A DNA stretch of 64,000 nt from an uncultured Actinomycetes bacterium (lineage in GTDB: Bacteria; Actinomycetota; UBA4738; HRBIN12), in contig CAVPJX010000001.1 in assembly GCA_963705545.1 (NCBI GenBank), positions 1,157,246 to 1,221,245 on the forward strand. Direction: 5' to 3'. Shown here piece after piece: positions 54,518 to 63,640 of this stretch. The translations under genes and the position numbers were made by a program. Positions within the stretch are counted from its first letter, which is position 1. Each line of letters starts with the position of its first letter. The notes beneath the pieces were generated by a model. That model did no database searches, was not told the origin of the DNA, and worked only from the letters and a program-made list of their open reading frames with translations.

Positions 54518-54956
54518 GTGTCACCCCGTTCCGGCCATGATGGCAGAGCCCGCGTCCCCCGGTTCAGGGTCAGCGGGGGCAGATGCGTTCCGTCAGCCTC
54601 TTGATCGGCAGCGACGGTCCGATGGACTCCGAGACCGAGGGCTTGTCGATCGAGCGGAGCCTTGGCCCGCGGGAGACCGCCCCGTCTCGTGCTGGAGGTC
54701 GATACCTGTGGTCGTTGGTCCGTCGCTTCCAGACCCGTCCGTGGTGGGAGTTCTCAGAACTCGCTGACCAGGGCGAATGGTGACGTCGCTTCCGAGTACC
54801 CACAGGTTAAGAGGGGTTGTGCCCACACTTGCGCTGCAACCCTTCTGCTCGATCGTTGCTCGGCTCGCGACCGCCTTTACCCGAGAAGCGCAGGCCGCAA
54901 CCACCTGGACGGTTCCTTCCCGTCGTGGAACCTGGATGTGCGGAGGCGGTGGCGTC

Positions 54957-55469
54957 TCAGACGCCCGCGCGGGTGAACGTCACGTGTGTGACCCCGCTGG
55001 GCGAGGAGGTGGCCTCGACCTGGTAGTCCTTCTCGACGCCCTCCAGTCCGTCCCAGAGCCGAACGCCGCGGCCGAGAAGGATCGGGACGACGACGGTGTG
55101 CATGTGATCCACAAGCCCCGCAGCGAGGAGGTCGCGGATCACGGTGGCGCCTCCACCGATGCGCAGGTCCTGTCCGCCCGCAGCCTCTCGAGCGGTCTCG
55201 AGCGCTTCGGCGGGCGACACGTCGAGGAAGCGGAACGTCGTCCCACCTTCCATCTCGATCGGCGGACGCGTGTGATGGGTGAGGACGAAGACCGGTGTGT
55301 GGAACGGAGGGTTGGGACCCCACGAGCCCTTCCACTCCCGGTCCTCGTGCCATCCTGGGTAGCCGAACTTCCCGGCACCCATGATCTCGGCGCCGATCCC
55401 GGGGTCGTGCAGCCGAGCGAAGCGTCGTGAGGGCGAGGGGACCTCCGATCCGGTCGATCCCGGAGCCAC
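54957..55469 (-). CDS. dihydrofolate-reductase-family (RibD C-terminal-like) protein, apparently lacking the canonical N-terminal ~40-60 aa
   Basis: The C-terminal two-thirds match the family (...PFHTPVFVLTHHTRPPIEMEGGTTFRFLDVSPAEALETAREAAGGQDLRIGGGATVIRDLLAAGLVDHMHTVVVPILLGRGVRLWDGL...). The only available start is the GTG at 55469, just after an in-frame TGA. The usual N-terminal VSxDG...DW segment is absent, and the PPC-domain ORF is read in another frame upstream. Confidence 0.5.
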   Translation of the reverse strand: MAPGSTGSEVPSPSRRFARLHDPGIGAEIMGAGKFGYPGWHEDREWKGSWGPNPPFHTPVFVLTHHTRPPIEMEGGTTFRFLDVSPAEALETAREAAGGQDLRIGGGATVIRDLLAAGLVDHMHTVVVPILLGRGVRLWDGLEGVEKDYQVEATSSPSGVTHVTFTRAGV

Positions 55470-55932
55470 AACAGGTGGAGACCATGATCAGGTACGCGGT
55501 CCCCGGACGCGCCCGGAAACGCAAGCCGGACGCGACGTTGACCCAGTCGTCGCTGCAGGAGATGAGGTCGAGAGAGCCGGCGCGCTCGATGTAGACCGTC
55601 AGCACCGTGTCGTACTCGCTCCCCATCGTGTCGACCTGATACCGACCACCCTCGGTCGGCTCGAATCGGAAGAAGACGGATGAGCTGTTCCCGCATCGCC
55701 TCGGTCCGCTGGCCGTCGCATCCGAGGTGTCCTGCTGGTGAACGAACGGGAGCGACGTGACCGGGATCGCACCCTCGGCGGCGATCGGTCGTGGGGGAGG
55801 AGATTGAACTCGTGGCCGCGTCGCTCCCTCGACCTCATCGTTCGTGGGTGGTGCCGCCGATGCGGACGTCGTGCCGAGGGCGGCGAGCGCGCAAGCCAAT
55901 GAAACGGAGACGATCCGGGCGGCCGGCCGCAT
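55440..55932 (-). CDS. secreted protein with PPC-like (pre-peptidase C-terminal-like) beta-domain; 3' end undefined (no in-frame stop until 54877)
   Basis: Signal peptide MRPAARIVSVSLACALAALGTTSASAAPP, then ...SVFFRFEPTEGGRYQVDTMGSEYDTVLTVYIERAGSLDLISCSDDWVNVASGLRFRARPGTAYLIMVSTCCGSG... (PPC-like pattern). Beyond about 55440 the frame becomes Arg/Pro-rich junk running through the DHFR-family gene, so a frame disruption is suspected. Confidence 0.4.
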
Positions 55933-56141
55933 CGAGGGCCTCCTCCTGCTCCGAGCGGGCGACGGGTACGACGTGCGTCCTCATCCAAGACCTGCACCTG
56001 ATACCAGTCAAGTTCCTTCGCGACTTTACAGGCCGCTCCCTTTGGCCACTCGGGCATCCTCCCGGAACCGCACCCGAGGATAGCAACGCGGGCCGGACCG
56101 CGGGCGGGGCCGCGGGTCGATCGCGGCGCTAGGCTGCCGAC

Positions 56142-56639
56142 ATGGCGAAGGAGCAGTTCTCGTTCGACATCGTCTCCGAGGTCGACATGCAGGAGGTCCG
56201 CAACGCCGTCGACCAGGCGAGCCGTGAGATCGCCCAGCGGTTCGACTTCAAGAACACCGACACGGAGATCTCCCAGGATCACACGACGATCGAGCTCCGC
56301 TCCTCCACCGAGGATCGCCTGAAGGCGGCGGCGCAGGTCCTCAAGGACAAGGCCGTCAAGCGGAACATCCCGCTCAAGGCGCTCTCGGAAGGCGAGGTCC
56401 ACAGCGCCGCGAAGGGACACGTTCGCCAGGCCGTCACGGTGCTCACGGGGATCGCCGACGAGAAGGCCAAGGAGATCTCGAAGTTCGTCCGGTCGTCGGT
56501 CCCGAAGGTCCAGACGCAGATCCAGGGCTTCCAGATCCGGGTCTCGGGCAAGAACAAGGACGACCTGCAGGCGGCGATCCGCGCGGTCAAGGACCGCGAC
56601 TTCGGGATCGCCCTGCAGTTCACGAACTACCGCCCCTAG
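56142..56639 (+). CDS. yajQ: YajQ-family nucleotide-binding protein (UPF0234)
   Basis: 165 aa: MAKEQFSFDIVSEVDMQEVRNAVDQASREIAQRFDFKNTDTEISQDHTTIELRSS.... Confidence 0.85.
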   Translation: MAKEQFSFDIVSEVDMQEVRNAVDQASREIAQRFDFKNTDTEISQDHTTIELRSSTEDRLKAAAQVLKDKAVKRNIPLKALSEGEVHSAAKGHVRQAVTVLTGIADEKAKEISKFVRSSVPKVQTQIQGFQIRVSGKNKDDLQAAIRAVKDRDFGIALQFTNYRP

Positions 56640-56718
56640 CTGGGCGGACGCCGGTTCACACGCGTTGCGCGGGGTCGCGCGCGGCCGGTAGGCTGACCGG
56701 ACTCAGGAGGTGATACGC

Positions 56719-58101
56719 GTGGACGTGGACCGTCTGAAAGCGCGTGCGGCGGAGATCGCCGAGAGGGAAACGAAGGTCCTGCTGGATCGGACCCCGGGTT
56801 CGAAGGCGCTGCACGAGCGCGCGCTCCGCAGCCTGCCGAACGGGGTGGCCTCCAACTTCCAGGCGGGCGACCCCTACCCCGTGTACCTGGAGCGGGGCTC
56901 CGGCTCGAAGGTCTGGGACGTCGACGGGACGCGTTACACGGACTTCCACGGCGGGTTCGGCGTCAACGTGGTGGGCCACGCCCACCCGGTGATCGTCGAA
57001 GCGATCCGCACGGTCGCCGACCGGGGGATCCATTTCGCGGTCACCACCGAGGCGACCGTCGCCCTCGCCGAGGAGATCTGCTCGCGGTTCGAGCTCGAGC
57101 AGATGCGCTTCGTGAACTCGGGGACCGAGGCGACGATGGACGCGCTGCGCGTCGCCCGGGCGGCGACCGGGCGCGACAAGATCATCAAGATGGAGGGCTC
57201 GTACCACGGCCACCACGACTCCGTCCTGTTCTCGGTGGTCCCCGAGGCCGACGTGCTCGGGCTGCGGCACAGCGTGGACCAGGGGGGCAAGGCCTGGTAC
57301 ACGACCGAGCCCACGTCGAAGGGCATCCCGAAGGCGCTGTGGGACACCGTGATCGTCGTGCCGTTCAACGACGCGGCGGCGGTGCAGCAGGCGTTCGCCG
57401 ATCACCCGGGCGAGGTCGCGGCCGTGATCCTCGAGCCCGTGATGATGAACATCGGGCTCGTGATCCCCCAGCCCGGCTACCTGCAGGCACTGCGGGACGC
57501 GTGCGAGGCGAACGGCGCCGCGCTGATCTACGACGAGGTCAAGTGCGGCGGCACGATCGCCTACGGCGGCACCACCGAGCGCTTCGGCGTCCGGCCGCAC
57601 CTGGCGGCCTACGCGAAGGCGATCGGCGGCGGCGCGACGATCGGAGCGTTCGGCGGCGAGGCCCGGTTCATGGAGTGGGTGACGAAGGGGGCGGCCCAGC
57701 AGGGGACGTTCAACGGGAACCCGCTCTCCGCGGCGGCCGGCCTGGCGGCGCTCACGAAGGTCCTCACGCGCGACGCCTACGTCGAGCTCGGTCGCATGGG
57801 CACGTTGCTGGCCGAGGGTTGCCGGCGGGCGATGGACGAGAACGGCATCCCCGGCCACACGATGGACCTCGGCGCGAAGGGCTGCGTCTCCTACCGTAGG
57901 GAGCCCCTCACGAACTACCGGGACTTCCTGGAGACCGAGCCCGAGTTCTTCTACGCGAGCTTCTCGTGGATGATCAACCGCGGGATCTTCATGACCCCCG
58001 GCGACGAGGAGCAGTGGACGATCTCGGTCCAGCACTCCGACGACGACATCCGCACGTACGTGGACGCGTTCGGGGAGTTCTGCGGGGAGCTCGCCGGGTA
58101 A
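56719..58101 (+). CDS. class-III PLP aminotransferase (glutamate-1-semialdehyde aminomutase-like family)
   Basis: ...VWDVDGTRYTDFHGGFGVNVVGHAHPVIVEAIR...VNSGTEATMDALRVARAATGRDKIIKMEGSYHGHHD.... I prefer the GTG at 56719 as start (AGGAGG 8 nt upstream) over the track ORF GTG at 56710. Confidence 0.8.
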   Translation: MDVDRLKARAAEIAERETKVLLDRTPGSKALHERALRSLPNGVASNFQAGDPYPVYLERGSGSKVWDVDGTRYTDFHGGFGVNVVGHAHPVIVEAIRTVADRGIHFAVTTEATVALAEEICSRFELEQMRFVNSGTEATMDALRVARAATGRDKIIKMEGSYHGHHDSVLFSVVPEADVLGLRHSVDQGGKAWYTTEPTSKGIPKALWDTVIVVPFNDAAAVQQAFADHPGEVAAVILEPVMMNIGLVIPQPGYLQALRDACEANGAALIYDEVKCGGTIAYGGTTERFGVRPHLAAYAKAIGGGATIGAFGGEARFMEWVTKGAAQQGTFNGNPLSAAAGLAALTKVLTRDAYVELGRMGTLLAEGCRRAMDENGIPGHTMDLGAKGCVSYRREPLTNYRDFLETEPEFFYASFSWMINRGIFMTPGDEEQWTISVQHSDDDIRTYVDAFGEFCGELAG

Positions 58102-58136
58102 CGGCAAGCTCCCGAGGGCTCGACGGTTCCCCGAGC

Positions 58137-58161
58137 GGGGCCGGCCTCCAGGGCCGGCCCC
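58137..58161 (+). terminator. perfect GC hairpin GGGGCCGGCC-tccag-GGCCGGCCCC downstream of aminotransferase
   Basis: 10-bp perfect stem with a 5-nt loop, 36 nt after the TAA stop at 58101. No U-tract. Confidence 0.4.
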
Positions 58162-58193
58162 GCGTCGCGTGCGGAGCCCCAGGGAGGACGACG

Positions 58194-59545
58194 ATGCAAG
58201 AGATGCACCGGTACACGGAGGAGACCGAGACGCTGTCCCGGGCGATCCAGGATCACGTCCGGCACCGGATCGCCACCCCGCCTCCGCTCGACGGTCCCGC
58301 CACCGCCGAGGAGCTCCGCGCCGCGGCCGGCGACACGATCACCCCCGGTGGGATCGGCGGCGCCGAGGCGCTGCGCATCTGGACGGACGTGCTGGCCCCC
58401 GCCACGATCTCGACGGACCACCCCGCCTTCCTGGCGTTCGTGCCCGGAGCTCCCAGCCGAGCCAGCGTGCTCTTCGACCTCGCCCTGTCCGCGTCCTCCG
58501 TCTACGGAGGCAGCTGGCTCGAGGGGGCCGGCGCGGTCTGGGCCGAGAACGAAGCCCTCCGATGGATCGCCGATCTGGCCGGTATGCCGGCCTCGGCGGG
58601 AGGCTGCTTCGTGTCCGGCGGCACCGGTGGGAACCTGTCCGCGCTGATCGCGGCTCGGCACACGACGGCCATCCGGAACGGACGACCGGCGCGCTGGAAG
58701 GTCGCGGCGGCGGACACCGTGCACTCGTCCGTGGCCTCAGCCGCGGCCGTCATGGACGTCGAGATCATCGCGGTGCCCCACGACGAGCGCGGGCGCCTCA
58801 CGGCGGACCGGCTGGCCGCGGCGCTGAGCGACGCGGATGCGGACGGGCTCTTCGCGGTCGTCGCGAGCGCGGGGTCGACGAACGCCGGCGTCGTGGACGA
58901 TCTGGCGGGGATCGCGGACGTGTGCGCCGATCGTGGGGTCTGGTTCCACGTGGACGGCGCCTACGGCGGCGCCGGGCTCGCCGCTCCGTCCGTGCGCGAC
59001 CGGTTCGCGGGGATCGAGCGCGCGGATTCCTTCATCGTGGACCCGCACAAGTGGCTCTTCGCGCCGTTCGACGCCTGCGCGCTGCTGTACCGCGATCCCG
59101 CCCTGGCACGCGCGGCGCACCGCCAGGAGGCTTCGTACCTCGACTCGCTGAACGCCGCCTCGGAGTGGAACGCGAGCGACTACGCGCACCACCTCACCCG
59201 ACGCGCCCGCGGCATGCCGCTGTGGTTCTCGCTCGCCACGTACGGGACCGACGCCTACCGCGACGCCGTCGAGCGCGTGCTCCGGATCACGCGGGAGAGC
59301 GCCGACGAGATCCGCGGCCGGGCTGAGCTGGAGCTGTTGATGGAGCCGGAGCTCTCGGTGCTGCTCTTCCGCCGGCTGGGATGGGGCCCGACGACTACGA
59401 GTCGTGGTGGCGCCGGACGCTCGACGCGCAGATCGGCTTCGTGCAGCCGACGACCTGGGACGGCGAGAAGGTCGCGCGGCTCTGCTTCGTCAACCCGCTC
59501 ACGACGATCGACCACGTGCGGGCGATCCTGGACCAGATGGCCTGA
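58194..59545 (+). CDS. group-II pyridoxal-dependent decarboxylase (Glu/DABA/aromatic amino-acid decarboxylase family), with apparent 1-nt frameshift near 59384-59390
   Basis: ATG at 58194 with AGGGAGGA 5 nt upstream: MQEMHRYTEETETL...DHPAFLAFVPGAPS...GGCFVSGGTGGNLSALIAARH...FHVDGAYGGAGLAAPS...DPHKWLFAPFDACALLYRD...LSVLLFRRLGWGP. After the homopolymer run ggggccc the conserved C-terminus (DDYESWWRRTLDAQIGFVQPTTWDGEKVARLCFVNPLTTIDHVRAILDQMA*, stop at 59543-59545) continues in the -1/+2 frame. The track shows the unshifted 608-aa ORF ending in junk. Confidence 0.7.
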
Positions 59546-59601
59546 ACGGAGGTGGCCCCGGCGCGAACGCCGGGGCCACCGGAGGTCCGTTCCGCGTCGG
59601 A

Positions 59602-60484
59602 TCAGCCGGAGATCGGCGATCCCGCCGCGGATCTCACGCCCGATCGCCTCGAGGCGGGCGATCCGCTCGTCGGTCGGCGGGTGCGTCGAGAACAGGTTCG
59701 CGAACCCGCGTCCCTTCAGGGCGGCCATCGGGTTCATGATGAACAGGTGGGCCTCGGCCGGGCTCACGCTCGCGGGCGGCGGGACCCGCTGAACCGCCAC
59801 CTCGAGCTTGCGGAGCGCGCCCGCGAGCGCCTCCGGATCGTGGGAGAGGTATGCACCCGACTCGTCGGCCTGGTACTCGCGCGACCGCGAGACCGCCATC
59901 TGGATCACCGCCGCCGCGATCGGGGCGAGGATCCACGCGAACAGCATCCCGAGGCCGCTCCCGCCCCGGTCGTCGTTGCCACCGAAGAAGAACGCGAACC
60001 GTGCCAGGAAGGTGATGCTCATGCCGATCGCCGCGGCGATCGACGAGATCAGGATGTCTCGGTTCGCGACGTGGGAGAGCTCGTGGGCGAGCACACCGCG
60101 GAGCTCGCGCTCGTCGAGGAGCTGCAGGATCCCCGCGGTGACCGAGACGGCCGCGTGCTGCGGGTTCCGGCCGGTCGCGAAGGCGTTCGGCTGGGCCATC
60201 GCCGAGACGTAGATCGCGGGCATCGGCAGGCTCCGGGCCTGGGTGAGCTCGCGGACGATCTTGTACAGCTGCGGCTGCTCCTGCTCCGTGACGGGCTTGG
60301 AACGGGTCGTCGCGATCGCGATCTTGTCCGAGTACCAGTACATCGAGAAGTTGAACACCAGCGCGAAGCCAAGGGCCCAGATCGCGCCGGACGTCCCACC
60401 GATCCATGCGCCGATCAGCACGAACAGGCCGCCGAGGGCGGCGATCAGGATCCAAGTCTTGACCCGATTGATCCCGGGTTGCAC
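59602..60484 (-). CDS. htpX: zinc metalloprotease HtpX (M48 family)
   Basis: GTG at 60484 with AAGGAGG 8 nt upstream (track ORF start 60577): VQPGINRVKTWILIAALGG...VLAHELSHVANRD...EYQADESGA...LFSTHPPTDERIARLEAIGRE.... The native end is expected around 290 aa. However, the frame stays open to 59255, antisense over the decarboxylase 3' end. The nearest alternative-frame TGA is at 59602-59604, so the true stop is unresolved. Confidence 0.7.
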
Positions 60485-60602
60485 GGTCGCTCCCTCCTTC
60501 GGATCCCGCACGAGCGCGGGCATCCTTCCGATGCTCTCACAGGGCGTTCGTTCCGCTGCAGGACCAGGTTCGGCCATGAACCTGAGCGAAGGCTGAGCGG
60601 CG

Positions 60603-62072
60603 CTAACCTCCCACGAGCGTGGAGATCCCCGCGGCGTCGGCGAACGGCGTCGGGAAGACGAAGAGCGCCACGATCGCGACCGTCGCGAGGGCGACGACCG
60701 CCGTGACCAGGGCCGGGGAGCGCAGCTGCGACTCGTCCTCCGCGGGCTCGAAGATCATCTGCCGCGGGACGGCGAAGTAGTAGTAGATGCTCACGACCGA
60801 GTTGATCAACATGATCACCGCGAGTGAGATGCCGAGCGCCCCGCCGCGATCGATCGCGACCCGGAAGATGAAGATCTTCGCCCAGAACCCTCCCGTGGGC
60901 GGCACGCCGGCAAGCGAGATCATGAACGTGGTCATCCCCACCGCCAGGAGCGGTGCCGTGCGGATCAGCCCGGCGAAGTCCTTGATCAGCAGCCGCGGGT
61001 GGCGGCGGCTGACGGCGGTCGCCACCGCGAACGCGCCCAGGTTCATCACCCCGTAGATCAGGATGTAGGCGACGGCGGCGGCGAACGCGTCCTTGTTCGT
61101 CACGGCGTCGTTCGTCACCAGGGCGAACGGCAACAACATGTAGCCGGCCTGGGCGATCCCCGAGTAGGCCAGCAGCCGCACCACCTGGTTCTGCTGCAGG
61201 GCGACGAGGTTCCCGACCGTCATCGTCGCGATCGAGAGGAACGCGAAGATCGGGACCCAGAACTCCCACTGGCCGATGAAGGCGACGAACATCAGCTGCA
61301 GCAGGCCCGCGAAGCCCGCCGCCTTGGACGCGACGGCCAGGAACGCCGCCACCGGGACCGGCGCGCCTTCGTACGTGTCGGGTGCCCAGAACTGGAACGG
61401 GAACGCGGAGACCTTGAACGCGAACCCCACCACGACGAACAGGATCGCGGCGAGCGCGAGCGTCTCCTGGTCCGCGGGCAGGTCGGTGAGCTTCGTCGCG
61501 ATCGCCGACAAGCCCGTCTCACCGCCCGTGACGCCGTAGATCAGGCTCATCCCGAAGAGCATCACGGCGGTCGACAGGACGCCGATCAGGAAGAACTTCA
61601 GGCCGCCCTCGTTCCCGAGCGGATCGGACTTGCGGAACGCAGCCATCAGGAACCCGGGCGCCGATACCAGCTCGAGCGAGATGAACAGCAGCAGCAGGTC
61701 CCGGGAGGCCGGCATCAGCATGCAGCCCAGGAAGGACGTCAGCAGGAGGAAGTAGTACTCACCCTGGTAGAAGCCGCCTTCGCGGAAGTAGCGCAGCGAG
61801 ATCGCGAGCACGACGATCGCGACCGTCAGGAAGAAGAGCTGGAACAGCACGGCGAAGTTGTCGACGACGAAGGTGCCGCCGAACGTCGAGCGTGGCGTGC
61901 TCCCGATGAGCGTGAGCTCGGCGATCAGGGTCGCGACGACCCCGATCATCGACAGCGGCATCGCCAACCACTTCCGCCCCGAGGAGAGGAAGACGTCCAC
62001 CACGAGGACGACCACGATCGTGCCCGAGAGGATCAGCTCGGGGAGGATCGCGTGGTAGTCGATGGCGTTCAT
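60603..62072 (-). CDS. nuoN: NADH-quinone oxidoreductase subunit N
   Basis: 489 aa polytopic membrane protein: MNAIDYHAILPELILSGTIVVVLVVDVFL.... Confidence 0.9.
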   Translation of the reverse strand: MNAIDYHAILPELILSGTIVVVLVVDVFLSSGRKWLAMPLSMIGVVATLIAELTLIGSTPRSTFGGTFVVDNFAVLFQLFFLTVAIVVLAISLRYFREGGFYQGEYYFLLLTSFLGCMLMPASRDLLLLFISLELVSAPGFLMAAFRKSDPLGNEGGLKFFLIGVLSTAVMLFGMSLIYGVTGGETGLSAIATKLTDLPADQETLALAAILFVVVGFAFKVSAFPFQFWAPDTYEGAPVPVAAFLAVASKAAGFAGLLQLMFVAFIGQWEFWVPIFAFLSIATMTVGNLVALQQNQVVRLLAYSGIAQAGYMLLPFALVTNDAVTNKDAFAAAVAYILIYGVMNLGAFAVATAVSRRHPRLLIKDFAGLIRTAPLLAVGMTTFMISLAGVPPTGGFWAKIFIFRVAIDRGGALGISLAVIMLINSVVSIYYYFAVPRQMIFEPAEDESQLRSPALVTAVVALATVAIVALFVFPTPFADAAGISTLVGG

Positions 62073-62094
62073 CGCCCGCTCCTCGCGAACGCGC

Positions 62095-63621
62095 TCACGA
62101 TCCGAACAGCGCCATCAGGCTCGACACGGCGTTGTCCGTGACCCCGAACACCAGCCCGGGGAACAGGCCCAGGACGAGGATCCCGACGAGCAGCGGGACC
62201 CAGGCGAGCCACTCCACGGTCAGGATGTCGCTGAAGGAGTGCTCGGCCCAGTTCTGGGGCATCACCCCGAGGTTCACCCGTTGGAGCATCCAGAGGAAGT
62301 AGCCCGCGGTGAGGATCGTGCCGATCCCCCCCGCGATCATGAACGCGCGGAAGAGCGTGACGTTCAGGCCGGCCCCCGGATCGAAGGACGACAGCAGGGC
62401 CATCACCTCACCCCAGAACCCCGCGAGACCGGGCAGCCCGAGCGAGGCGATCGCGACGAAGGCGAAGATGCCCGCCAGCTTCGGCATCCGCTGCGCCATC
62501 CCGCCGCCGATCACGGCGATCTCGCGCGTGTGGTAGCGGTCGTAGATCGACCCGACGCAGAAGAAGAGCATGCCCGTGATCAAGCCGTGCGCGACCATCC
62601 CGAAGATGGCCGCCTGGATCCCGATCTCGGTGAGCGTGGCGATGCCGAGCATCACGAACCCCATGTGGCCGACGGATGAGAAGGCGATCAGGCGCTTGAG
62701 GTCCTTCTGGGCGAGGCACGCGAGCGCGGCGTACACGATCGCGATCGCCGCGAGCCCGCCGATCCACGGCGCGTAGGCCTGAGCACCTTCCGGGAGCACG
62801 GGGAGCGCGATCCGGATGAAGCCGTACGTGCCCATCTTCAGCATGATCCCCGCCAGCAGGACGGACCCGATCGTCGGCGCCTCGGTGTGCGCGTCGGGGA
62901 GCCAGGTGTGGAACGGCCACATCGGCACCTTCACGGCGAAGCCCAGCGCGACCGCGCCGAACACGACCAGCTGGAACGTATGACTGAACCCACCGGACGC
63001 CCCGAACTCGGTGAGCCGCACCAGGTCGAAGGTGTGGGGATCTGGCCCGAGGAAATACATCGCGAGGAAGCCGAGGAGCATGAACACCGATCCGAACAAC
63101 GTGTAGAGGAAGAACTTGATCGCCGCGTACTCGCGGTTGGACGAGCCCCAGATCCCGATCAGGAAGTACATCGGGACCAGCACCATCTCCCAGAAGACGA
63201 AGAACAGGATCAGGTCGAAGGCGATGAACGTGCCGGCCATCCCGGTCTCGAGCAGGAGCATCAGCGCGAGGAACGCCTTCGTGCGGCCCGGGTCGGGGAC
63301 GTACCGCCAGGTATAGATCGCACACAGGAACGACAGGACGAACGTCAGCACGTACAGCGGCATCGAGATCCCGTCGATCGCCACGTGGTACCGGACGCCG
63401 ATCGCGGGGATCCAGCTGACGTCGACCGTGTACTGCAGGCCGCCGTGCGAGTAGTCGAACCCGGTCGCGATCGCGATCGCACAGATCGTGGCGGCGGCGG
63501 TCACGCCGATCCCCAGCCCGCGGACCAGCCGGTCCTTCTCCCGTGGGATGCACAGGATCACCAGCGCGCCCGCGATGGGCAAGAACGTGGTGATCGTGAT
63601 CGCCGATCCTTCCCAGCTCAT
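62095..63621 (-). CDS. nuoM: NADH-quinone oxidoreductase subunit M
   Basis: 508 aa: ...HTWLPDAHTEAPT...MLKMGTYGFIRIALPVLPEGA.... Confidence 0.9.
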   Translation of the reverse strand: MSWEGSAITITTFLPIAGALVILCIPREKDRLVRGLGIGVTAAATICAIAIATGFDYSHGGLQYTVDVSWIPAIGVRYHVAIDGISMPLYVLTFVLSFLCAIYTWRYVPDPGRTKAFLALMLLLETGMAGTFIAFDLILFFVFWEMVLVPMYFLIGIWGSSNREYAAIKFFLYTLFGSVFMLLGFLAMYFLGPDPHTFDLVRLTEFGASGGFSHTFQLVVFGAVALGFAVKVPMWPFHTWLPDAHTEAPTIGSVLLAGIMLKMGTYGFIRIALPVLPEGAQAYAPWIGGLAAIAIVYAALACLAQKDLKRLIAFSSVGHMGFVMLGIATLTEIGIQAAIFGMVAHGLITGMLFFCVGSIYDRYHTREIAVIGGGMAQRMPKLAGIFAFVAIASLGLPGLAGFWGEVMALLSSFDPGAGLNVTLFRAFMIAGGIGTILTAGYFLWMLQRVNLGVMPQNWAEHSFSDILTVEWLAWVPLLVGILVLGLFPGLVFGVTDNAVSSLMALFGS

Positions 63622-63640
63622 CGATGCCTCACGCTCCCTC

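Noticed and set aside
54518-54956. Tested the intergenic gap for RNase P RNA, tmRNA and SRP RNA
   Set aside because: Signature motifs (GGAAAGTCCGG and ACAGAACCCGGCTTA of RNase P; the tmRNA tag-reading frame and 3' tRNA-like end; the SRP CAGGTCCGGAAGGAAGCAGC) are absent on both strands. Kept only as an unclassified candidate.
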